Assembly (NCBI GenBank): GCA_049523555.1
Contig: JBEKMU010000010.1
Coordinates: 1,395-65,394, forward strand
Source: Verrucomicrobiota bacterium
GTDB taxonomy: Bacteria > Verrucomicrobiota > Verrucomicrobiia > Limisphaerales > UBA11358
Length of the DNA stretch: 64,000 nt
Direction of reading: 5' to 3'
Shown here piece after piece: positions 8,610 to 16,264 of the stretch (position 1 is its first letter; each line of letters opens with the position of its first letter). Both the position numbers and the translations under genes were made by a program. Under the pieces are notes generated by a model. That model was not told the DNA's origin and ran no database searches. It worked only from the letters and a program-made list of their open reading frames with translations.

Positions 8610-9449
8610 ATGAACATTCTCGACACCATTGTTGAGCAAAAGAAACGTGAGGTCGCGCAACTGCCTGCGCGACTCATCGCCGCCGGCGATTTGCGCGATG
8701 CGCTGCTCGAACGCGGCGAGAGGCGCGATTTTCTCGCGGCCTTGTGCCAGTCGCGTCATGGCGACATCGCGCTGATCGCCGAGGTCAAAAAGGCGTCGCC
8801 ATCGGCGGGCGTGATTTGCCAGGACTTTGACCCGGTCCGCATCGCCAAAGAATACGAAGCGGCGGGTGCAAGTTGCCTGTCGGTTTTAACTGACGAAAAA
8901 TTCTTTCAAGGTTCGCTCGATTATCTCCAGCAAATCCGCGCAGCGGTGAAGCTGCCGTTGTTGCGGAAGGACTTCATCATTGATGAGCGGCAAATCCTCG
9001 AGGCCATCGAATGGGGCGCGGACGCCATCCTGCTCATCGTCGCCATTTTGAGCGACGACCAATTGAAAAAGTTCCATTCGCTGGCGACCGAAGCCGGCTT
9101 GGCTGCATTGGTTGAGGTTCACGACGAAGCGGAATTGGAACGCGCGCTGAAAATTGGCGCGAATTTGATCGGCGTCAACAACCGCGATTTAAGAACTTTC
9201 AAGATGGATTTGGCGACGACAGAAAAACTGGCGGCAGAATTAAACCGTAGGACAGGCGTCTCGCCTGTCTCTAAAATTAAAAATGGAGACAGGCAGGATG
9301 TCTGTCCCACGCTTGTTGCCGAAAGCGGCATTCACACGCGCGCGGACGTGGAGCGGTTGAAGAAATGCGGCGCTAACGCAATTTTGGTCGGCGAATCATT
9401 GATGCGCGGTGGTGATATTCAATCCAAAATCCGCGATTTGATCGGGTGA
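8610..9449 (+). CDS. trpC: indole-3-glycerol phosphate synthase carrying an in-frame palindromic-element insertion
   Basis: KKASPS, NNRDL and ESGI blocks. About 20 extra residues (RRTGVSPVSKIKNGDRQDVCPT) are encoded by the repeat at 9247..9310. Confidence 0.9.
   Translation: MNILDTIVEQKKREVAQLPARLIAAGDLRDALLERGERRDFLAALCQSRHGDIALIAEVKKASPSAGVICQDFDPVRIAKEYEAAGASCLSVLTDEKFFQGSLDYLQQIRAAVKLPLLRKDFIIDERQILEAIEWGADAILLIVAILSDDQLKKFHSLATEAGLAALVEVHDEAELERALKIGANLIGVNNRDLRTFKMDLATTEKLAAELNRRTGVSPVSKIKNGDRQDVCPTLVAESGIHTRADVERLKKCGANAILVGESLMRGGDIQSKIRDLIG
9247..9310. repeat. REPIN-like element, family A (GTAGGACAGGCG...), inside trpC
   Basis: 64 bp with two inverted hairpin units and GTAG / C(C)AC termini. 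About 85% identical (reverse orientation) to 17772..17835. Confidence 0.8.
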
Positions 9450-9453
9450 ATTG

Positions 9454-9531
9454 GTAGGAGACGAGGTAACGAGGCTCACTTGATTTCGGATTTCGGATTT
9501 GAAGTGTGAGCCTCCTTACGTCGGCTCCTAC
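9454..9531. repeat. REPIN-like element, family B (GTAGGAGCCGACGTAAGGAGGCTCAC inverted pair)
   Basis: Two ~26-bp arms in inverted orientation (about 23/26 complementary) around a TTTCGGA-repeat loop. Lies between convergent trpC and pdxA. Confidence 0.75.
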
Positions 9532-9534
9532 TTT

Positions 9535-10506
9535 TCACTTCCGATTTTTTGCCAGTTGCTTCGCCAGCCGAATCGCCGCAATCATGCTCGAGGGATTGGC
9601 GATTCCCTTTCCGGCGATGTCATAGGCCGTGCCGTGGTCTGGCGAGGTGCGGATAAAGGGCAGACCCAGCGTCCAGTTCACGCCCGTGTCAAACGGATAC
9701 ATCGCCACGACGGCGTCAAAATCCCCGCATAGGGCATAATGAAAGACCGTGTCGCCGCTCAACGGTCCGATGACATCCAGTCCGCGTTTCTGCGCCGCGA
9801 GCACCGTCGGCGTGATGGTTTTGATTTCCTCATCGCCGAATTCGCCGCCTTCGCCCGCGTGCGGATTCAAACCACACACGGCGATTTTCGCGCGCGACAA
9901 ACCCAAATCACGGCACGCTTGCGCGGCCAATTCGATGGCAAGCGCGATTTTTTCCGCGGTGAGTTTTTGGGGGACCGATTTGATGGAAATGTGGATGGTG
10001 GCCAGCGCGACGCGCAACCAGCGGTCTTTTTCATCATGGCCAAGCAGCATCATTGCGGTGCGTTTAGCACCGGCGAGTCCGGATAGAAATTCAGTCTGGC
10101 CGACAAATTCGTGTCCGGCGCGGATGATGGATTCCTTGTTGACCGGCGCGGTGACGAGCGCATCCAATTCGCCGCGAAGACAGCGTTCCGCGCCGTCGCG
10201 CAGCGAGGCGATGGCGGCGTTTGCGGCGGCAGGTGAACCGGCAGTCAGATTTTCCGACAACGGTTCGGAAAGCGGATTTGCAACATAAATTTTTTCTCTA
10301 AAGATATGTTTATCGTAGTAGGTGGAAAAATTTTTCAGTGGCATATCAAGCCCGAGCTTCCAGTTGAGACTCTGAAGATAATTCTCATCGCCGATGAGCA
10401 AATAGCGCGTGTCGTCGGCTTTGTATTCGGCAGCGACGGCTTTGAGCGTGACTTCGGGGCTGATGCCGGTCACGTCGCCAAGTGAAATGCCAATCCAGCC
10501 GGTCAT
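9535..10506 (-). CDS. pdxA: 4-hydroxythreonine-4-phosphate dehydrogenase
   Basis: PdxA-like sequence throughout (GDVTGISPEV..., CGLNPHAGEGG). Start trimmed to the ATG at 10506. Confidence 0.9.
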   Translation of the reverse strand: MTGWIGISLGDVTGISPEVTLKAVAAEYKADDTRYLLIGDENYLQSLNWKLGLDMPLKNFSTYYDKHIFREKIYVANPLSEPLSENLTAGSPAAANAAIASLRDGAERCLRGELDALVTAPVNKESIIRAGHEFVGQTEFLSGLAGAKRTAMMLLGHDEKDRWLRVALATIHISIKSVPQKLTAEKIALAIELAAQACRDLGLSRAKIAVCGLNPHAGEGGEFGDEEIKTITPTVLAAQKRGLDVIGPLSGDTVFHYALCGDFDAVVAMYPFDTGVNWTLGLPFIRTSPDHGTAYDIAGKGIANPSSMIAAIRLAKQLAKNRK

Positions 10507-10551
10507 ATTGGTTGAACGCTGAGGGCAAAACTGCCTCAACTTGCGGTGAAA

Positions 10552-11508
10552 TCAAAAATAGCGGATGAACGTTTTTTTCTTCAGCGAGTCAATCCACTGT
10601 TTTTGGACACGGGTCTGTTCCTGTGTGCGCAGGGTTTTTTCGATGTCGTCGCGGACCTCGGTGAGCGGCCGGACGTGGGCGGGGCGGGTTTGCTCGACGA
10701 GCATGAGGTAGCAGGCTCCCGGCGTTTCAATCACGTCGCTGACCTGGCCGGGCTTGAGCGCGAAGGCGACGTCGGCGAGTTCCTTGCGGAGCACGGAGCG
10801 CCCGACCCACCCCCAGTCGCCGCCCTGTTTTTGCTGCGAACCTTGCGAATACGTAGAGGCCATTTCCTGAAACGTCGCGCCTTCCTTGATTTGGGACAGG
10901 ATTTCGCGGGCCAGAGCCAGCGTGTTGGTGTCATCGTCGGAGGTTTTGTTGAGCACGATCATGCGCAATTTGATTTCGTCCTCAACCTTGAAATCGTCCT
11001 GGTGGGCAAGGTAGTAGGTTTCCACCTTGTAGGGCGAGATGACGATTTCGCGCGAGACGTTTTGGTTGCGCAACGCCGACTCGATGTATTGATCGCGGAT
11101 GTCCTCGCGGAATTGTTCGTACGTCATGCCTTGTGCCTGTAACGATTTCATCGCCGTCACGCGGTCGCCGAACTGCTCGCGGATCCGGTCCTGCACCAGT
11201 TCGTCCACCACACTGTCCGGCAGCTTGGTATATTTGGTCTCGAATTCGTGTAGGATCAATTGGCGCTCCACCAATATCTCCAAACTGTTGTCGAGCGCCT
11301 CGGCGAGTTTTTGCTGAAAGCCCTCCGGCTGTACGGCGTATTGCCGGCGCAATGCCTCCTCCGCCGGCGCAGTGAATTCCTCGACCTGCTCGTAGGTGAT
11401 GACCGTGTTGTTCACGATGGCCTTGACGCCGTCGGCCAGTTCCGCGCGCAAGGGCAGGCCCAAGCACAATGCCGCCGCCCAAATTGGGATCAATCGGGAC
11501 CAATTCAT
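10552..11508 (-). CDS. SurA-like periplasmic peptidyl-prolyl isomerase/chaperone (PpiC-type)
   Basis: Signal peptide MNWSRLIPIWAAALCLGLPLRA and a parvulin block GGDWGWV....L......A.ALKPGQVS.VIET. Sits upstream of pdxA as in the enterobacterial surA-pdxA arrangement. Confidence 0.8.
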   Translation of the reverse strand: MNWSRLIPIWAAALCLGLPLRAELADGVKAIVNNTVITYEQVEEFTAPAEEALRRQYAVQPEGFQQKLAEALDNSLEILVERQLILHEFETKYTKLPDSVVDELVQDRIREQFGDRVTAMKSLQAQGMTYEQFREDIRDQYIESALRNQNVSREIVISPYKVETYYLAHQDDFKVEDEIKLRMIVLNKTSDDDTNTLALAREILSQIKEGATFQEMASTYSQGSQQKQGGDWGWVGRSVLRKELADVAFALKPGQVSDVIETPGACYLMLVEQTRPAHVRPLTEVRDDIEKTLRTQEQTRVQKQWIDSLKKKTFIRYF

Positions 11509-11564
11509 CAAATTCGACGCGAATACTAACAACTGCCTCCGGCGGGTCAAGCGCCGCCACTTAA

Positions 11565-11744
11565 TCAAAACGGCTGCAGGCAATTGAACAAATACATGAC
11601 CAACGCCATGAGCGCGGCGAAAATCAAGCCCGCCACGATTGACCATTTTAAAAATTTTCGATGCTTGCGGCGCGCCGCCGGGCCGCCCTGGCCCGGCAGC
11701 AGGTAATAACGTTCGCGCTCTTTATTGCCCTTTGAGAAAAACAT
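11565..11744 (-). CDS. small hypothetical membrane protein
   Basis: 59-aa ORF from MFFSKG with one hydrophobic helix (WSIVAGLIFAALMALVMYLF). No homology recognised. Confidence 0.3.
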   Translation of the reverse strand: MFFSKGNKERERYYLLPGQGGPAARRKHRKFLKWSIVAGLIFAALMALVMYLFNCLQPF

Positions 11745-11837
11745 ACGCTTCCGACTTCGCCAATTTTTTAACACACAATCCGCCGTTGCTCAAGTCCAGT
11801 GCTTGCGGTGGCGAGCCGTGCCCCTTACCGTTCCGGC

Positions 11838-12659
11838 GTGAATCTCGAAGACCATCTCGGCGACATCATCCGCAAGGCGCGCGCGATGAGCAACGTTTCG
11901 ACGGCTGCCGCGGCAAAGGCCGCGGGAATTTCCGAAGCCGAACTTTCCGCGCTCGAAGAAAGCGGACAAATCGGCAAACGACCTGACTTTACCGCACTCG
12001 CCCGGCTGGTCGGCTTGAACCCGGCCAAACTCGAAGGCATTGCCAATGGCTGGCTGCCGGCGGAAAAGGATTTGAGCGTCTGGCGCGAACTGCGCGTGTT
12101 CACCACCGCCGGCGAAAGCATGACCGTGAATTGCTATCTGGTTTGGGACGAAGTCACGCGCGACGCGGCACTGTTCGACACCGGCTTCGACGCGAAACCA
12201 ATCCTGGATTGTATCGCCGAAAACCAGCTTCTGCTCCGGCACGTTTTCATCACGCACTCGCACTACGACCACGTGGACGCTCTGCCCAAAATCCGCGAAG
12301 CCTTTCCGAAAGTGCGGCTGCACAGCGGTTCCAAAAACGCGCCGGTGGACCAGCGCAACAAGCCCAGCGAAATCGTCCATCTTGGCGGCCTGCGCATCAC
12401 GCATCGCGAGACGCCCGGTCACGCGGAGGACGGCGTGACCTATCTTGTCGGCAACTGGCAGGAGGACGCGCCGCACGTAGCCATCGTGGGCGACGCGATT
12501 TTTGCCGGGTCCATCGGGCGCGGCAACCAATCTTGGGATTTGGCGCGGCAAAAAGTGCGCGAACAAATTTTATCGTTGCCGCCGGGAACGTTGATTTGCC
12601 CCGGCCACGGCCCGTTGACGACGGTGGCGGAGGAAAAGGAACACAATCCGTTCTTTTGA
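11838..12659 (+). CDS. XRE-type HTH domain fused to MBL-fold metallo-hydrolase
   Basis: N-terminal LGDIIRKARAMSNVSTAAAAKAAGISEAELSALE and the MBL motif THSHYDHVDAL. GTG start at 11838 preferred; the ORF is open from 11799. Confidence 0.7.
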   Translation: MNLEDHLGDIIRKARAMSNVSTAAAAKAAGISEAELSALEESGQIGKRPDFTALARLVGLNPAKLEGIANGWLPAEKDLSVWRELRVFTTAGESMTVNCYLVWDEVTRDAALFDTGFDAKPILDCIAENQLLLRHVFITHSHYDHVDALPKIREAFPKVRLHSGSKNAPVDQRNKPSEIVHLGGLRITHRETPGHAEDGVTYLVGNWQEDAPHVAIVGDAIFAGSIGRGNQSWDLARQKVREQILSLPPGTLICPGHGPLTTVAEEKEHNPFF

Positions 12660-12883
12660 TTTACAGACGGTTCGACTGGCAAAGTAAAAATTGGACATGC
12701 CATGTGACCAGCGGGACACATTTCGCAATCTTCAGCCTGCGATTAAAGTTAACGACGAAGTTTTCCACCGGTCACACCCCGGATTTGCCGGAATGGCAAC
12801 AGTTGCCGGCATCGCACGTCACCCCGCGTTGCCGGGTGGTTTGTAAGTAAGCATCTCCGCACGCGTGGCACACGGATTGCACC

Positions 12884-13192
12884 TTGAAAAGGTTGAACAC
12901 AGATACGCGACTTATGAGATTCTCTCTGGAGATTGGCAACACGGACAAACACCTCGTCGAATTCAATTTCAACCAGCTTCGCGGCACCCTGGTCATCCGC
13001 GTGGACGACCGGCCGGTTTTCCAATCCAAACGCATTTTCAACGAACCGGTCCGCGAAGTTTACCACTTCGTGATTGATGGCGCGGAGAAATCGGACGTGC
13101 GGATTGAGAAACGGCGCAAACCGCTGTTTGGCCACCACAACACAGTCTTTGTGAACGATCGCCTGACCCGGGTGGTGGACAGGTATTTTTAA
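12884..13192 (+). CDS. hypothetical protein
   Basis: 102-aa ORF of normal composition in a 750-bp otherwise non-coding gap. No homology recognised. Confidence 0.4.
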   Translation: MKRLNTDTRLMRFSLEIGNTDKHLVEFNFNQLRGTLVIRVDDRPVFQSKRIFNEPVREVYHFVIDGAEKSDVRIEKRRKPLFGHHNTVFVNDRLTRVVDRYF

Positions 13193-13311
13193 CTGATTTT
13201 CACCAAACGCAATTGTCTCCGACCCCGTGGCCGTATGGGACAGGAAATAATTTAAATGCCCAGACCGGACACGCATTTCACGAATTCACACTGATTAAAA
13301 GCCACTTGAAT

Positions 13312-13375
13312 CAATTCGTAATAATTCGTGCAGTTCGTATCTCTGCATCTGTGTCCATCCGTGTTAATCCGTGGT
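13312..13375 (+). repeat. ATTCGYG / ATCCGTG periodic motif block upstream of ilvN
   Basis: CAATTCGTAATAATTCGTGCAGTTCGTATCTCTGCATCTGTGTCCATCCGTGTTAATCCGTGGTC. The first 18 nt match 7303.. at 16/18. Confidence 0.4.
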
Positions 13376-13461
13376 CATGCTGGACACATAAATCCCTTTG
13401 AAATTGCAAATTGACCCTTCTGCACATGGTTGTTAGCCTTTGCTCCCCTCAGCGGGATTTT

Positions 13462-13935
13462 ATGCGACATACCATTTCAGTTTTGGTGGAGAACAAGTTC
13501 GGCGTGCTCACGCGCGTGGCGGGCCTGTTCAGCGGCCGCGGCTACAACATTGACACGCTCAACGTCGGCCCGACGCAGGACCCGACGACTTCGCGCATGA
13601 CCATCGTCACCCACGGCGACGAGGCCACGCTGGAACAAATCGTCAAGCAGCTCAACAAATTGCCGGACGTCATCAAGGTGCAGGATTTCCACGAGGGCGA
13701 ATACGTGGACCGCGAATTGGTGCTGGTCAAGGTGGCGGTGGACTCAAAGTCGCGCGCCGAGGTGATGCAAATCACGGACATTTTCCGCGCCAAAATCGTG
13801 GACGTGCAGCCCAAGAGCCTGTCCATCGAAATCACCGGTAACGAGAGCAAGGTGGAGAAATTCATCGGCCTGATGGACTCGTTCGGCGTGTCCGAAATCA
13901 CACGCACGGGCAAGGTCGCACTGCCCCGCAAGTGA
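13462..13935 (+). CDS. ilvN: acetolactate synthase small (regulatory) subunit
   Basis: MRHTISVLVENKFGVLTRVAGLFSGRGYNIDTLNVG is an ACT domain. Confidence 0.9.
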   Translation: MRHTISVLVENKFGVLTRVAGLFSGRGYNIDTLNVGPTQDPTTSRMTIVTHGDEATLEQIVKQLNKLPDVIKVQDFHEGEYVDRELVLVKVAVDSKSRAEVMQITDIFRAKIVDVQPKSLSIEITGNESKVEKFIGLMDSFGVSEITRTGKVALPRK

Positions 13936-14085
13936 TGGCACGGACGCTGTTTTACGCCCTCAACAACCCCGCATCCCAGTCCTGATCGCGTTTGCATTTG
14001 ACGGACGGGCACTGATGTTTAAGATTAAAAATTCATTTGAACGAGTTGAAGACATTGAAAACACACAAACGAGAAAGATTGAGTT

Positions 14086-15186
14086 ATGGCAACGATTGAT
14101 TTTGGTGGAACAAAGGAAAAAGTCATCACGCGGAAGGAATTCCCGATGGCCCGGGCCCGCAAGGTGCTCAAAAACGAGACCATCGCCATCATCGGCTATG
14201 GCGTGCAAGGCCCGGCACAGGGACTGAATCTGCGCGACAACGGCTTCAAAGTCATCGTCGGCCAAGCCAGGTCGTTCAAGCGCGACTGGGACCGTGCCGT
14301 GAAGGACGGGTGGAAACCCGGCAAGACGCTGTTCGACATCGAGGAAGCCGTGCAAAAGGGCACCATCATCCAGATGCTCGTTTCCGACGCCGCCCAGCGC
14401 ACCATCTGGCCGGTCGTGAAGAAAAATCTCAAGCCCGGCGCAGCGTTGTATTTCTCGCACGGCTTCTCCATCGCCTACAAAAAGCAGACCGGCGTCATCC
14501 CGCCGAAAAACGTGGACGTAATCATGGTCGCCCCGAAGGGTTCCGGCTTGAACGTCCGCCGCAATTTTCTCACGGGCGCGGGCATCAACTCCAGTTTTGC
14601 GATCGAGCAGGACGCCACCGGTCACGCGAAAGAGCGTTGCCTCGCCATCGGCATCGGCATCGGCTCGGGTTACCTGTTCCCGACCACGTTCCAGCACGAG
14701 GTCTTCAGCGACCTCACCGGCGAACGTGGCGTGTTGATGGGCGCGCTGGCGGGCATCATGGAGGCGCAATACGATGTGCTCCGCTCCCACGGCCATTCGC
14801 CGAGTGAAGCGTTCAACGAAACCGTCGAGGAACTCACTCAAAGCCTCATCCGGCTCGTGGACGAAAACGGCATGGACTGGATGTATTCCAATTGTTCCGC
14901 CACCGCGCAGCGCGGCGCGCTGGACTGGAAACCCAAGTTCAAGCAGGCCACCCTGCCGGTGTTCAAGAAACTTTACCAGCGCGTCAAATCGGGCAAGGAA
15001 TGCGCCCGCGTGCTCTCCGCCTGTGGCGCGCGCAACTACCAGGCACAGTTGCAGAAGGAGTTGAGCCAAATCCACAATTCCGAAATGTGGCGCGCCGGCG
15101 CAGCTTCCCGTGAGTTGCGTCCAAAGCAATCTGCCAAGGCCATCGCCAAAGGCACCAAGGGCGTCTCCGGACGCACGGCAAATTAA
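14086..15186 (+). CDS. ilvC: ketol-acid reductoisomerase
   Basis: IAIIGYGVQGPAQGLNLRDNG Rossmann motif and full-length IlvC-like sequence. Confidence 0.95.
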   Translation: MATIDFGGTKEKVITRKEFPMARARKVLKNETIAIIGYGVQGPAQGLNLRDNGFKVIVGQARSFKRDWDRAVKDGWKPGKTLFDIEEAVQKGTIIQMLVSDAAQRTIWPVVKKNLKPGAALYFSHGFSIAYKKQTGVIPPKNVDVIMVAPKGSGLNVRRNFLTGAGINSSFAIEQDATGHAKERCLAIGIGIGSGYLFPTTFQHEVFSDLTGERGVLMGALAGIMEAQYDVLRSHGHSPSEAFNETVEELTQSLIRLVDENGMDWMYSNCSATAQRGALDWKPKFKQATLPVFKKLYQRVKSGKECARVLSACGARNYQAQLQKELSQIHNSEMWRAGAASRELRPKQSAKAIAKGTKGVSGRTAN

Positions 15187-15204
15187 GGTCCGCGCAAAAA
15201 ATTG

Positions 15205-15240
15205 AAAGCCGCTGTAGCAATCCAGCGGCTTTTTGCTTTT
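15205..15240 (+). terminator. rho-independent terminator after ilvC (possibly bidirectional)
   Basis: AAAGCCGCTG-tagcaatc-CAGCGGCTTT followed by TTGCTTTT. An A-run lies on the other side. Confidence 0.7.
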
Positions 15241-15244
15241 GATT

Positions 15245-16264
15245 TTACTGTGGCAATTGTGAGATTTGAAAACCTAGCTCACGAGCGCGCTCGATGAATT
15301 TACCGATATTGCTCACAGCCCACTCATTACAGACTACTACTTTCTTTTCGTCGCCGGTTAAAAGAGTGTCTTCTTCATCCGGAAAGTATCTCCGATAACC
15401 TGTTCGTTTGATAATCTCCTGTCCCCTTTCTTGCGGGGCGAAGACACCCCACGAGCCTTGCAATGAATCCGGAAATGCCACTTTCAATTCTTCGAAAGTT
15501 GTTTTGGGTTTATCTTGAAGATATACCCTGACAACTGCGAGAACCAGTCGGCTCTTCGCAAGTGCTTCGCCACCGAAATTATATTTTGTGTAATCCTTCT
15601 GGCGGGCCTCTCTGCGTTGTTCAGCTTGGGCACGGAGCTTAACTTGGTAATCTCCCGCATCGGGTAGTGGTATAATTTGTTGAACATCCAACAAGATTTG
15701 ACCGCCACTTCGGTATGGTTTTAAACGAACACACCGAATATCCAAGTCGCGCTCATTTAGCCAGAGAACGCTAGTTGTGAGTTCTTGAGAAAATTCGGCG
15801 GCAGCGAGAACAATTCGGACATCGCTTGCAAATTGATCAGCGTGCGGTTCTTGCCATCCTAAAAAAACAAGCAATTCCTGTCTCGCATTCTTGGCCTGTT
15901 GCGTCTTGCGAAGAAAATCTTCGTAAATCTGGACAGCTTTGTCGAATGTGAGAGTAGAAAGCATGGCTGCATAACGAACTGCTTGGAGCTCCATGTAACT
16001 TCCTGAATCATTTCGTTTCAATTCGACAACCACTAGGTTTGCGTGGTCGTCAACGCCGAGCAAATCCACTCGCGATTTGGTGTCTTCCCAATCAGAAAAC
16101 TCTTCTGCAATGACAAGTGTTCTTGGAGAGATGATGTCAATTTTTTCTCGAAGCATTCGCTGCAAGTCTCGGCGCTCAAGAATCCCTTCCACCTCAAAAC
16201 TGGTGGATTGGATTGCGGCCAAGGATTTATTTTCGATTTTGTAGATTGCCATTTTATCCTCCAA
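15245..16264 (-). CDS. NucS/DUF91-like PD-(D/E)xK nuclease-fold protein (single-gene AT-rich island)
   Basis: Motif EEFS...RVDLLGVDDHANLVVVELKR...LQAVRYAAML. Markedly AT-rich. The start at 16264 overlaps the argJ stop by 11 nt; an alternative ATG is at 16252. Confidence 0.7.
   Translation of the reverse strand: MEDKMAIYKIENKSLAAIQSTSFEVEGILERRDLQRMLREKIDIISPRTLVIAEEFSDWEDTKSRVDLLGVDDHANLVVVELKRNDSGSYMELQAVRYAAMLSTLTFDKAVQIYEDFLRKTQQAKNARQELLVFLGWQEPHADQFASDVRIVLAAAEFSQELTTSVLWLNERDLDIRCVRLKPYRSGGQILLDVQQIIPLPDAGDYQVKLRAQAEQRREARQKDYTKYNFGGEALAKSRLVLAVVRVYLQDKPKTTFEELKVAFPDSLQGSWGVFAPQERGQEIIKRTGYRRYFPDEEDTLLTGDEKKVVVCNEWAVSNIGKFIERARELGFQISQLPQ

Noticed and set aside
12131-12850. 239-aa ORF overlapping the HTH-MBL hydrolase gene.
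   Set aside because: It is an Arg/Ala/Pro-rich out-of-frame shadow of a gene with a clear HxHxDH metallo-beta-lactamase motif.
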